Source: an uncultured Candidatus Saccharibacteria bacterium
GTDB lineage: Bacteria > Patescibacteriota > CAZHWT01
Length of the DNA stretch: 64,000 nt
NCBI GenBank assembly: GCA_964597145.1
Contig: CAZQWH010000001.1
Span: 166,441 to 230,440, forward strand
Reading direction: 5' to 3'
This document shows positions 1-9,526 of the stretch, piece after piece (the first letter of the stretch is position 1; every line of letters starts with the position of its first letter). The translations under genes were made by a program, and so were the position numbers. The notes below the pieces were generated by a model. The model was not told where the DNA came from, did no database searches, and worked only from the letters and a program-made list of their open reading frames with translations.

Positions 1-182
1 TTTCAACTAAGGCTGGAGCAATCCCGACAGTTGTAGAGTCTATGAAAAATATGAAAGAATCTGCAATCCCAACCTGGTTGGAGCGCAAAGCTGGAGCCGG
101 TCTGGTCAAAGCAAAGCCCGAGCGAGAGCAAATTACTTTCCCCATTGAGGAACAGTTAATCGTTGAGTACTACTCTCGTTAA
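1..182 (+). CDS. rpsD: 30S ribosomal protein S4, C-terminal part (truncated by window edge)
   Basis: Frame from nt 3 reads ...PTWLERKAGAGLVKAKPEREQITFPIEEQLIVEYYSR*, the typical S4 C-terminus; lies directly upstream of rpoA. Confidence 0.93.
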   Translation, partial: STKAGAIPTVVESMKNMKESAIPTWLERKAGAGLVKAKPEREQITFPIEEQLIVEYYSR

Positions 183-204
183 GAGGGCAAAGGAGCAAAA
201 GAAT

Positions 205-1125
205 ATGTCATTGTTAGAATTGAAACCATCAACAACCCAAACTGAATCAACTACCACCAGCGGTACATTTATTATAGAGCCATTAATGTCTGGTTTTGGT
301 CAGACCATTGGCAATGCCCTTCGACGGGTATTATTGTCTCACTTAACCGGCGCCGCCGTAACCAAAGTTCGGATTGACGGTGTATCTCATGAATTTAGTA
401 CTATTCCTGGGGTCAAAGAAGATGTAGTCCAGCTCATTTTAGCCCTAAAGCAAGTCCGCTTTGCCATGCACAGCGACGAGCCACAAACAGTAACCTTAAG
501 CGCCAAAGGCCCAGGCGTAGTTAAAGCCAGCGACTTAAAGTTGACTGCCGGGGTAAGCGTAGCTAATCCCGACTTCGAGATTGCCTCATTAACCGATGCC
601 AAAACCACGTTAAATATTGAACTCACCGTTGAGCGTGGCCAAGGGTATCGCCCGGCTCCAACCGAGAATATGGCAATTGGGGTGATTGGCCTAGATGCCC
701 GATTTAGCCCTGTTACACGGGTTAACTATGTAGTCGAAGATACTCGTGTCGGCCAAAATACCAATCTAGATAAACTAACCGTAACTATTCAAACCGATGG
801 CTCAGTTGCAGCTGCCGATGCATTAGCCCAAGCCAGTGCAATTTTGGTCGAAGCCTTTGGCTCATTGGACGGCAAGTCCGCAGTTGAAGCTGCAGCGCAA
901 GTAGTCTCCGCTCGTGGCAGCGAAGTAGGCGTATCGGTCGATGGAGCGGTTGCCGACGAAGCTTCCCTAGAAGAGTTAAATATATCCACTCGGGTTTTAA
1001 ATAGCCTAAAGAAGGCCGGTATAGAAACTGTTGGCGAATTACGCGGCAAAGACCGGGAAGAATTATTGCAAATCAAAAATCTTGGCGAAAAATCATTGGA
1101 TGAGGTGCTCAAGAAGATTGCCTAA
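205..1125 (+). CDS. rpoA: RNA polymerase alpha subunit
   Basis: IEPL.SGFGQTIGNALRRVLLS and HEFSTIPGVKEDV motifs; alpha-CTD ending KNLGEKSLDEV; ATG at 205 after AGGAG. Confidence 0.97.
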   Translation: MSLLELKPSTTQTESTTTSGTFIIEPLMSGFGQTIGNALRRVLLSHLTGAAVTKVRIDGVSHEFSTIPGVKEDVVQLILALKQVRFAMHSDEPQTVTLSAKGPGVVKASDLKLTAGVSVANPDFEIASLTDAKTTLNIELTVERGQGYRPAPTENMAIGVIGLDARFSPVTRVNYVVEDTRVGQNTNLDKLTVTIQTDGSVAAADALAQASAILVEAFGSLDGKSAVEAAAQVVSARGSEVGVSVDGAVADEASLEELNISTRVLNSLKKAGIETVGELRGKDREELLQIKNLGEKSLDEVLKKIA

Positions 1126-1164
1126 TCTTCTCCGCCAGCAAGTAGATAATAATCAGGTAACATT

Positions 1165-1716
1165 ATGCGACATCAAGTACACGGTAAAAAATTAAATCGC
1201 TCATCCGGACATCGTAAAGCACTGTATCGAAATTTGGTGCAGTCCTTAGTAGAACATGAGCGAATCACCACTACACTAGCTAAAGCTAAGGCGGTGCGCC
1301 CTGTAGCCGAACAGTTAATTACTCGGGCCAAAAAACAAGACTTAGCCGCTCGACGAGCTGTAATTAGCTTTTTGCCTACCACCACAGCCGCCGATAAAGT
1401 CTACCAAGTATTGGCTCCTCGTTTTGCCGATCGACCAGGCGGGTATACCAGAATTATTAAAACAGGCCGGCGGGTTGGCGATGGGGTTGAGATGGCAGTT
1501 CTGGAATTAGTTGAGTTAAGCACTCCAACATCCAAAGCGGCAGCAACGAAGCAGGCCACTAAGAAATCTCGACCGACCGATAAAGCGAAAGCCAAGCAGG
1601 AAGCTACTCCAACTCCGAAAGAGCAAGCAACTGCCAAAGAATCCAAGGCGTCAAACCGACGCTCGCCAGCTAAGGCTAAAGCCGTCGAAGAAAAGAAGGC
1701 TGATAATGAAAAATAA
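1165..1716 (+). CDS. rplQ: 50S ribosomal protein L17 with Lys/Ala-rich C-terminal tail
   Basis: MRHQ..GKKLNR.S.HRKAL, ITTTLAKAK, RPGGYTRIIK motifs. Confidence 0.97.
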   Translation: MRHQVHGKKLNRSSGHRKALYRNLVQSLVEHERITTTLAKAKAVRPVAEQLITRAKKQDLAARRAVISFLPTTTAADKVYQVLAPRFADRPGGYTRIIKTGRRVGDGVEMAVLELVELSTPTSKAAATKQATKKSRPTDKAKAKQEATPTPKEQATAKESKASNRRSPAKAKAVEEKKADNEK

Positions 1717-2140
1717 GTATTACAATCCCTCTCAAAAAGATATAGCTCAGACTTGGTATTTAATTGACGCTAAGGGCTTGCGCTTAGGCAAAGTAGCCAC
1801 CAAGGCAGCCACTTTGCTCATGGGTAAACATGACCCAAGCTATGTACCGCATTTGGATAATGGACATCGGGTGGTAATTATTAACGCCGCCCACCTGTCG
1901 ATTGATGAGCGCAAACTAGAGCATAAAATGTATTATCGCCACACCGGGTTCCCTGGCGGGTTACGCAGCAAAAACCTGGCTGAATTCCACACAGCTCAGC
2001 CAGCAGAAGTAATCCGCAAGGCGGTTAAAGGAATGTTACCTAAGAATCGCCTAGGTGCGGCCAGTATAAATAAACTGTATATTTACGCGGATGAAACGCA
2101 TGAACAACAAGCACAACAACCGCAACAGGTTGAGGTATAA
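1706..2140 (+). CDS. rplM: 50S ribosomal protein L13
   Basis: WYLIDA.G..LG, YYRHTGFPGG, AVKGMLPKNRLG. Confidence 0.97.
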   Translation: MKNKYYNPSQKDIAQTWYLIDAKGLRLGKVATKAATLLMGKHDPSYVPHLDNGHRVVIINAAHLSIDERKLEHKMYYRHTGFPGGLRSKNLAEFHTAQPAEVIRKAVKGMLPKNRLGAASINKLYIYADETHEQQAQQPQQVEV

Positions 2141-2144
2141 ATCT

Positions 2145-2615
2145 ATGGCAGAAACAGTTGTAAAAGAAAAAGAAACTAATCAAGCAGCCGAAACAGCAGC
2201 GGCAAAAAAGACCAAAGCTAAAGCCGACAAGCAGGCATATTGGAGTGTCGGCCGGCGCAAAACCGCTATCGCTCGGATCAAGATGTCATTAGGCAATGGC
2301 GAGATTATGGTAAACGATAAACCCGTGGAAGAGTTTGCCGACAGTCCAATCAAAAAAATGAAAATACTGGCACCTTTGGCGGCCACAGACCGGCAAGGTT
2401 CTTTTGATATTTCGATTAAAGTATCGAGCGGCGGCATAATGGCCCAGCTCGATGCAATAGCTATGGGAATTGCCCGTGCTTTATTGCAATATGATGAATC
2501 GTTGCGGGCTCCACTCCGAGCTCAAAACCTGCTAACTCGTGATCCGCGAATGAAAGAACGCAAAAAATATGGATTAAAGCGGGCTCGTAAAGCACCCCAA
2601 TTCTCTAAACGATAA
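2145..2615 (+). CDS. rpsI: 30S ribosomal protein S9
   Basis: GRRKTAIAR and LTRDPRMKERKKYGLKRARKAPQFSKR; ATG at 2145. Confidence 0.97.
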   Translation: MAETVVKEKETNQAAETAAAKKTKAKADKQAYWSVGRRKTAIARIKMSLGNGEIMVNDKPVEEFADSPIKKMKILAPLAATDRQGSFDISIKVSSGGIMAQLDAIAMGIARALLQYDESLRAPLRAQNLLTRDPRMKERKKYGLKRARKAPQFSKR

Positions 2616-2647
2616 ATTCCTGACTGCAAAAGTTACACAATCTTCCA

Positions 2648-2673
2648 AAAATCTCCGGCCTGCCGGAGTTTTT
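2648..2673 (+). terminator. Rho-independent terminator after the ribosomal protein operon
   Basis: CTCCGGC-CT-GCCGGAG hairpin followed by a T run. Confidence 0.7.
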
Positions 2674-2857
2674 GGATTTTGTGGTATTTGAACATAAATT
2701 TGATTGTATGATGTATAGGTTTTACTACATTAAAAACTAGATGATGTAATTGCATGTTATTGATAAGATTGTTAGGATAGAGGTAAATTCTATCCTTCAC
2801 TAGATCAACCTCAAAAAGCAGTAGACTACTAGATACGAGGGATAGTTCCGCAAGCTT

Positions 2858-4204
2858 ATGACTGCTGTCCAAATTAGATGTTGGTTTCAAACTCTGGTTG
2901 CGCATCCCGCTTTTCGTGATATTAATGCGCGGTATGCGGATCTGATGCATTACCCTCATGCCGATCGCTTAGCCATCCGTGTATTGTGGCTGCACGGGAT
3001 AGCCTTGGTCGTATTAGTTATAGTTAATGCCTTTTATCAAACACCGCTTATAATTCCTTCACCCTTCGGTTGGCGGGTAATCGGCGTTGAAGCTGGGCTC
3101 ATAGCACTACTACTCGGATTGGCGGCCACAATTACTCCCATCATGTTATACCGCCGGATTGAAAACCATTTTCTATGGCGATTAGTGCTAGCTACCGCCT
3201 TACTAACCTATTCGTATTTGCTTGTTTTTATTAGCGGCGGCGCAATTGAAATGCACTTCCACTTTTTTATTATTATGGCCTTTATGTCTTTATATGCCGA
3301 TTGGCGGATTGGCTGGTACATGTTTGGCCTAATCACCGTTAACCATTTACTGTTCAATGTATTTTGGCCAGATATGTTGTATTTTTACGGCCACAACGAT
3401 TTATCACCTTTGGTGCATTTACCGTTCATGTTTATCATGACCCTCTTTACCACCATTCTATGCCGCAATTATCGGGGGTCGGTAGCAGCCTTGGTCGCCG
3501 CTAAAAACCGTAATGATGAGTTCTTGGCCATTGCCAGCCATGAGTTAAAAACTCCCCTCACCAGCATGAAAGGGTATACCGAAATGTTGCACCGCAAGTT
3601 TAAACGAGTCTCAGATACAAGCTCGTTGGCCTATATTGAGAAATTAGATGATCAACTCAATAAAATAATCGGCTTAGTCCGGGATTTATTAGATATCTCG
3701 CGTATTCAATCGGGCCAAGTCCAGATTCGGCAGGAGTTAGTCTCGGTTGAATCGCTCGTCGAGAAGGCGGTGGACGAGGTTCAGTCGCTAACGCATCAAC
3801 ATCAAATTGAAGTCGTAGGGGACAAGCGAGTCATGGTCTATGGAGATAAAGCCCGGTTATCCCAACTACTCGTTAACTTATTATCGAACGCCATTAAATA
3901 TTCTCCAGAAGCCGATCGGGTTATTGTATCCATAAAAGCTGCTCGCGACCGCGTTGTAATTGAAGTGCAAGATTTTGGGATTGGCATATCGGTTACGGAA
4001 AAAGTGAAAATTTTTGAGCCGTACTTCCGCGGCCAGGCTCAACAACGAGAAGAGGTCCCAGGCGGTTTGGGTATGGGGTTGTACATCTGCGACGAAATTG
4101 TGCGGCGGCATCAAGGACGGCTATGGGTAGAAAGTACGGTCGGGCAGGGCTCAACCTTTTCCTTTCTCCTTCCTCTACCCCCTCGGGATGGAGGTATACC
4201 GTGA
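2858..4204 (+). CDS. Membrane sensor histidine kinase
   Basis: Multi-TM N-terminus (GGAIEMHFHFF); H-box SHELKTPLT; N-box NLLSNAIKYS; G boxes DFGIGI, GLGMGL, GQGSTF. Confidence 0.93.
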   Translation: MTAVQIRCWFQTLVAHPAFRDINARYADLMHYPHADRLAIRVLWLHGIALVVLVIVNAFYQTPLIIPSPFGWRVIGVEAGLIALLLGLAATITPIMLYRRIENHFLWRLVLATALLTYSYLLVFISGGAIEMHFHFFIIMAFMSLYADWRIGWYMFGLITVNHLLFNVFWPDMLYFYGHNDLSPLVHLPFMFIMTLFTTILCRNYRGSVAALVAAKNRNDEFLAIASHELKTPLTSMKGYTEMLHRKFKRVSDTSSLAYIEKLDDQLNKIIGLVRDLLDISRIQSGQVQIRQELVSVESLVEKAVDEVQSLTHQHQIEVVGDKRVMVYGDKARLSQLLVNLLSNAIKYSPEADRVIVSIKAARDRVVIEVQDFGIGISVTEKVKIFEPYFRGQAQQREEVPGGLGMGLYICDEIVRRHQGRLWVESTVGQGSTFSFLLPLPPRDGGIP

Positions 4205-4554
4205 GTAAAACCGTCTTTATCGTCGATGACGATGTAGCTATCCTTGAAGTTTTAAGTATTGTCTTAGAAGAAGAAGGTTATAACGTTGTAACCGATACCG
4301 GTAGCAAAATGCTGGCGATCACCGCCTCAACTCAACCCGATATTATTTTACTAGATATTTGGATGCGTGGCATCGACGGTCGGGAGTTGTCACGAGAGGT
4401 AAAAGCTAATACTGCATTATCAGCCATCCCGATTGTTCTAATGTCAGCCCACAGTCACGCTGATTCCGTAATCGAAGAAGCGAAGGCCGATGATTTTATT
4501 GAAAAGCCATTTGATATCGAATCCATGTTAAAAGTGGTCCGGCAGCATGTTTAA
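4201..4554 (+). CDS. Single-domain response regulator (CheY-like receiver)
   Basis: IVDDD, PDIILLDIWM, FIEKPF; GTG at 4201 overlaps the kinase stop. Confidence 0.92.
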   Translation: MSKTVFIVDDDVAILEVLSIVLEEEGYNVVTDTGSKMLAITASTQPDIILLDIWMRGIDGRELSREVKANTALSAIPIVLMSAHSHADSVIEEAKADDFIEKPFDIESMLKVVRQHV

Positions 4555-4656
4555 AATAATGAATAGTTAAATTTTAATGGATGCTTTCTTATAGCCAATA
4601 GTAACTATTCATTATTTTCCAGCTACCATTTTGATCAGAATCTCAATAGCCATTTA

Positions 4657-5217
4657 TTACACATCATAACTAAGAATATCTTGGAGTAACTTCGGAAAAC
4701 GATCGTATCCCGATGCGGTATTAAAGTGGCATGCATTGGGTATAACCTGCAGAGGCGAATCAAGCTGGTCAGCTAGATGTTGAGCAATATTCATCGGCAC
4801 AAAAGGGTCATCTGGACTATGATAAAGGGAAAAGGTCGTTTTCCGAAGCGTATCCCAATCAAATTGCTTGTCATAGAAACTATGATTAATAGCGTTCAGT
4901 CCCTCGTCGGGCAAATCTTGAATAAAACCGGCCACTAAACAGGCTACGCGAGGCTGGTTTAATTCAGCCAGTTTCTCTAATAGACTCAAGATGAACGTGG
5001 CCCCAATTGAGTGACCAATCAGCAAAGATTCCGTCGTAAAGCGGTTAAGATAAGGCTCTGCTACCCTCAGCCAAGCTTCTAGGCTTTGATTTACCGGAGA
5101 AGGAAACTGGGGAACATCAACAGCATAACCCCGCTTTTCCAGCTCGCCCTTTAACCACGGAAACCAATTTATCTCAGGTGTACCATAGGCGCCGTGGACG
5201 ATAATTGCGTTTTTTAT
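4657..5217 (-). CDS. RBBP9/YdeN-family alpha/beta hydrolase (probable ATA start)
   Basis: Frame is open upstream of the called TTG: (I)KNAIIVHGAYGTPEINWFPWLK...IGHSIG...HS.DDPFVP...HFN; GGAG lies just upstream of ATA 5217. Confidence 0.85.
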   Translation of the reverse strand: MKNAIIVHGAYGTPEINWFPWLKGELEKRGYAVDVPQFPSPVNQSLEAWLRVAEPYLNRFTTESLLIGHSIGATFILSLLEKLAELNQPRVACLVAGFIQDLPDEGLNAINHSFYDKQFDWDTLRKTTFSLYHSPDDPFVPMNIAQHLADQLDSPLQVIPNACHFNTASGYDRFPKLLQDILSYDV

Positions 5218-5369
5218 TGTATTGCTCCATGTAATACATACATCATATAAAAATAGTAAGTGCCTAAATAGTGGGCTAAGCTCATGTTATTAAGTATTCA
5301 CTATTGTTTTAATAGTCAGCTATTCATTATTCAGTATTCTTTAAGCTATGCCGTTAAGTCGCAATTTGA

Positions 5370-7112
5370 CTATTGGAGGTAGTACACATTAATCGCTCCA
5401 CCTAAGATAGCCACTGGCTGGTGGTGGTCAATTACCCAACCCCAGTCATTATTCCGCTGACAAATGTGGTTGGTGATGGTCGAGCGAGAAATGGCTAAAT
5501 AGCCGGTATAACTATGATTATCAGGATCGGCGCTGGTGTAGGGTATGTGTAGATAGTCGGCTTCGGCCCGGCTAATAAAATTATCAAAAGCAATCGAGTC
5601 AATCTGCTGCTGTGATACGTAGGCAGCCAAAACCTTGGTCCCTTGACCCCAGTCGGTGTTGGAGTCATCGGCTACAAACGGAATAGCCTGCGGTTCTTGG
5701 GCGAGTATGTTGTAGTAAGGCAGGTAATACGGCCAAGCCATAAAGCTGGAGATGGCCACACTGCCAACCAAAACAATACAAGCAGTCAGGACCAGTTTGG
5801 CTTGGCGGCGCTGGTGACCGAAACGCAATAGTCGGGACAATCCGTATCCAGCGCCTATCAGTAATAAAATGTAAATTGGAAAGATATGACGGATACCAAT
5901 GTTTATCCCGGTTAATCCAGAAATAGCCAAGTAAACGACGGTTGGGACAATAAAAAAGTAGCTGGCAAAGGTTAGCCCAGGGGTGGGGGGGCGGAAGCGC
6001 CGCAGTAGATACCACCCAACGCCAGCCATAACAAGTAGTAAGGTTGGAAGTGGTGTCTTAAACAGGCTTAGGAGTGGGAAATAGTCCCAGCGACTCCCCT
6101 CAAAGCATTGTCCCAACAGATAGCCTTGGCGGTTTGGGGCAACAATATTGGCCACACCTTTAGCGTAGGTGGGTGGCAAAATCGTCAGAATGGTGCCAGC
6201 AGGCTGGAGAATATCTGGCCGCTGGGCAGGGTTTTGATCTGGGTTAAGGAGCATCAGCGTGCCGTACCCCAACCATATCAGGGCCAAGGCAATTAATCCA
6301 ATGCTAGCCACGGAAGCTATGTATTGAATCCATACTCTTGGAGAGTGAGCATGAATGTTGGCAGTGAGGTGGCGAAACGGCAGAGGCGCAATAGCTGCTA
6401 GCTGATGACGGTGATACGTTAGCCAGATCGCAGTCAAAACAGGCAAAATAATCGCCAGCATTCCCAGCGAGAATTTAGTCAGCATACCAAGACCAAGGAC
6501 AATGCCAGTAATAACTAACCAGCGGTAATTTCGGTGTTGTAAAAAATTCCAAAAGCTCGCCAGAACACCAATAAAAAACAAACTGGCACCAATATCGGTA
6601 TTAATAAGCTTGCCATGGGCAATAATGTTGGGATCAAAACTGAATAAGGCTAGCACCAAGAGCGCTGGCGTAGTCCCAAAGAGTTGTCGAGCCCACCAGA
6701 ACAACACTAAGGCCAGGCCTAGGGTGATAAACATCATCATCACTCGAGCGGCAAATAAAACTTGGTATGGGTCATCCGAACCCTGGAATAGTAGTTCCCA
6801 GCCCCATTGGTTAGCCTGGTAATAGGTGTTGTAGTCAATGTCCGTTTGTGTTGGTTGAAGATCTAAGGCTTGGTCTGGGATGTGCGGTTGGAGCCAGAGC
6901 AACGGTATCGCGGCAATGGCTTTGACTAAAAACGGGTGTTCAGGATCGAACAGCATATGGTGCTGGGTCAAAGTAGCGTACCCCGACAGTAAATGGATCG
7001 GTTCATCTGCCGTCGCCGAGTCGGTCTTGGCACTGACCACAAGTTGCACTACCAGTATGGCCAACAGGATAATCACCATAATTGGGGTAATAAAGCGGCG
7101 TAACTTAGTCAT
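5370..7112 (-). CDS. GT-C fold membrane glycosyltransferase (family 39/ArnT-PMT-like)
   Basis: TADEPIHL, EHPFLVK, F.PNIIAHG.L..TD, TKFS, DSN.DWGQ motifs; many TM helices. Confidence 0.85.
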   Translation of the reverse strand: MTKLRRFITPIMVIILLAILVVQLVVSAKTDSATADEPIHLLSGYATLTQHHMLFDPEHPFLVKAIAAIPLLWLQPHIPDQALDLQPTQTDIDYNTYYQANQWGWELLFQGSDDPYQVLFAARVMMMFITLGLALVLFWWARQLFGTTPALLVLALFSFDPNIIAHGKLINTDIGASLFFIGVLASFWNFLQHRNYRWLVITGIVLGLGMLTKFSLGMLAIILPVLTAIWLTYHRHQLAAIAPLPFRHLTANIHAHSPRVWIQYIASVASIGLIALALIWLGYGTLMLLNPDQNPAQRPDILQPAGTILTILPPTYAKGVANIVAPNRQGYLLGQCFEGSRWDYFPLLSLFKTPLPTLLLVMAGVGWYLLRRFRPPTPGLTFASYFFIVPTVVYLAISGLTGINIGIRHIFPIYILLLIGAGYGLSRLLRFGHQRRQAKLVLTACIVLVGSVAISSFMAWPYYLPYYNILAQEPQAIPFVADDSNTDWGQGTKVLAAYVSQQQIDSIAFDNFISRAEADYLHIPYTSADPDNHSYTGYLAISRSTITNHICQRNNDWGWVIDHHQPVAILGGAINVYYLQ

Positions 7113-7440
7113 AGGCTTCCTCTAAATCGGCTGAGTCCACGAGGTAAGTGTTAAGATCAACAAACAAATTACCATCCTTCTCTGTAATCTCAACTCCTTC
7201 TTGGCGAAGTAGATAGGCTTGGTCCTCCTTAGTCACCGCCATATTCTCAATCGAAATCATGCCTTGGCGGTTAATAACTCGTTGCCAAGGCACTGGTTGA
7301 GTAGAGTTTTTAGCCAAAGCAACACCAACCATTCGGGCGGCTCGGGGTTGTCCTAAGACAGCCGCGATTTGCCCATAGGTAGCCACTTTACCATATGGTA
7401 TGCGTTGCACTACTTTATAAACGCTTAGGTGGAAGTTCAC
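7105..7440 (-). CDS. Alkyltransferase-like (MGMT family, Atl/YbaZ-type) protein
   Basis: IPYGKVATYGQIA...ARMVG; PWQRV in place of the catalytic PCHRV. Confidence 0.88.
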   Translation of the reverse strand: MNFHLSVYKVVQRIPYGKVATYGQIAAVLGQPRAARMVGVALAKNSTQPVPWQRVINRQGMISIENMAVTKEDQAYLLRQEGVEITEKDGNLFVDLNTYLVDSADLEEAYD

Positions 7441-7497
7441 TGAGTTATTATACTATGGATCGGAATGGGTAGCTGCTTATCATTAACTGCGGAATGA

Positions 7498-8040
7498 CTA
7501 CCCTTGGCTGTCCATGGCTGGAGTAACGGTTCGGGACGGAGATTCGTTTGGAGGTAGTGGAGAATGCTCTAGCGATAGCATCATTGATATGTCTTCTACC
7601 GATGAGCCGGTATATTCATCGTCAAAAGTAGGTTTAAAACCAAGTTTGTTATAAAAATCTTTGGTATGGGGTGGATAGGTACTCTTAATCTTAACGTAAA
7701 TTTGCTCAAACCCTTGTTGTGTAAGAGTTCGACGGGCATGGTTAAATAATTGGGTTCCAACGCCCTGGTTGTGGTATCCACGTTTAATAATCAGGCAAAA
7801 TAGGTCAAGGCGAAGCGGATTAATAACATTACGCCTGCCCCCTAAAAACCCGATTACCACCCCTTCATGTAAAGCCATAAACAAGGTCCGAGCTTGAGGG
7901 TCCTCATCCAGGGCTTTGCCGGCTTGTTCTAAAATCAGTCGTCGATCTTGGAAGTCAAAAACATCAGAGTAAGCCTCTAGAATCGGAATAATTTTAGGGA
8001 AGTCCTGGTAAGAGCAGCGCTGGAGCAGTAATTGGTTCAT
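7498..8040 (-). CDS. GNAT family N-acetyltransferase
   Basis: YHNQGVGTQL motif A; FYNKLGF; likely ATG at 8040. Confidence 0.8.
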   Translation of the reverse strand: MNQLLLQRCSYQDFPKIIPILEAYSDVFDFQDRRLILEQAGKALDEDPQARTLFMALHEGVVIGFLGGRRNVINPLRLDLFCLIIKRGYHNQGVGTQLFNHARRTLTQQGFEQIYVKIKSTYPPHTKDFYNKLGFKPTFDDEYTGSSVEDISMMLSLEHSPLPPNESPSRTVTPAMDSQG

Positions 8041-8155
8041 CCTAGATTTGATTGTACCAAATATGGAGGTAGAGTAGAAACAGTTGCTTCCCTGTTGCTG
8101 ATTTAGTATCAAAGCGATACTGTAGAAGCGATAGTCTAATTGAAGGAGGAGTGCT

Positions 8156-8365
8156 ATGCCATACCAAACACTAAACGAATTACCCGATTCGGTTACAGAA
8201 CATCTACCACATCACGCTCAAGAAATTTACCAAGCAGCATTTAACAATGCCTGGGATGAGTATAACCACCAAGAGCAACGGGCTCACAAAGTAGCCTGGG
8301 CGGCCGTTAAAAACGAATACCACAAAAATGAAGAGACGGGGGACTGGGAAAAAGGAATCTCGTAA
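8156..8365 (+). CDS. ChaB family protein
   Basis: MPY....LP.SV..HLP.HAQEIY..AFN.AW...AHKVAWAAVK. Confidence 0.92.
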   Translation: MPYQTLNELPDSVTEHLPHHAQEIYQAAFNNAWDEYNHQEQRAHKVAWAAVKNEYHKNEETGDWEKGIS

Positions 8366-8402
8366 GTATAATCATTGTTTAACCTTATTTAATTCTGCTA
8401 GC

Positions 8403-9526
8403 ATGTAAGTTATATCTACATTCGAATCAGGCAGTTTAGATGATATATTTGCAAAGCTGGACGTTGAAAAGGCGGCAAAGAAGCAAAAATATAAGCAGTC
8501 TACCCACCAAACCGCCGTGAGGCAACAAACAGTGCTAGAGAGAAATGATGCGATTGTTGCATCTAATACCCTCACCGACTCAGAAAGAGTTGAACAGATA
8601 GATGGTCTTATTCAGGTAGTTCAGCTTGAAACCCAAGGAAAATTAAAGATAATTGAAGATTTGAGGAATGGCCTCAAGGTGGATACTCACCAACTTGGTG
8701 ATAAGTTGGGTATGCCAACCAGATACGAGGATGGGGAAATTTTAACAACAACCGATTCAGGTAATAACTGGCAAAGAATTACGGTTGGCGATTTGCTCAC
8801 TGATAGTGAGTGGCAAGATAAGGGTATGGGTTACAGTGTAAATACTAATCGCATTCCACTTGATATTTGTCAGCAATATGTCGAATACTGGTCTCAAGCC
8901 GAACTTCGTAAACTACAAGATGACTACACCCGAGCGGCGTTAAGGATCGATGAAACTGCTAATACGTTTACACGCAATATCGCTGGGAGCTAGCTGACAG
9001 GCAACAGCGTATCGAGCATTTTGGCCAAACAGTTGAGATTATGGTCAAAAACTTTATTGAGAAAATGAACATAGATAATGGATTCGATGTAAAAGTTGAA
9101 TTCGGTAGCCTGATCTTGGATTACGAATATAAAATCGATTTAATGATAACGATTCAGGATCGCCGACGTGGTGTAGTGATAGATGAAAGTCCTCATGCTG
9201 AAAAAGTCGGAATACAGCTTACCATCCTCACACAGGAAGATTTACTAATCGAGAAAGAGCAAAAGGTCGAGAGCACATAGAAACGCTTACTCAGAAAAGG
9301 TCTAGTCGATGACGTAGCCTTCGTCAGTCTAGATGCACAGACATCAGACATAATGAAATCTAAGTATAATGAATGGCTCGACAGCAAATCCCCAGGTGGG
9401 CCTGATAAACTCTTGCCCATAGCAACCAAAGAGGCAATCTTTAGGGCTATATTTTACAAGATGCTTAGTCAAGACCAAACTGATGAAATGTGGTCACGCT
9501 ATCAATCAGATTCCGAGGTTAACTAG
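8403..9526 (+). pseudogene. Disrupted hypothetical gene (early stop, frameshift and internal TAG)
   Basis: ATG-TAA at 8403, open frame to 8993, frameshift near 8980 into the 9041 frame, in-frame TAG at 9278-9280, frame continues (W..KSPGGPD) to TAG 9526. Confidence 0.6.

Noticed and set aside
9278-9280. Stop-codon reassignment or readthrough
   Set aside because: TAG, TGA and TAA all end intact conserved genes in the window, so translation table 11 fits
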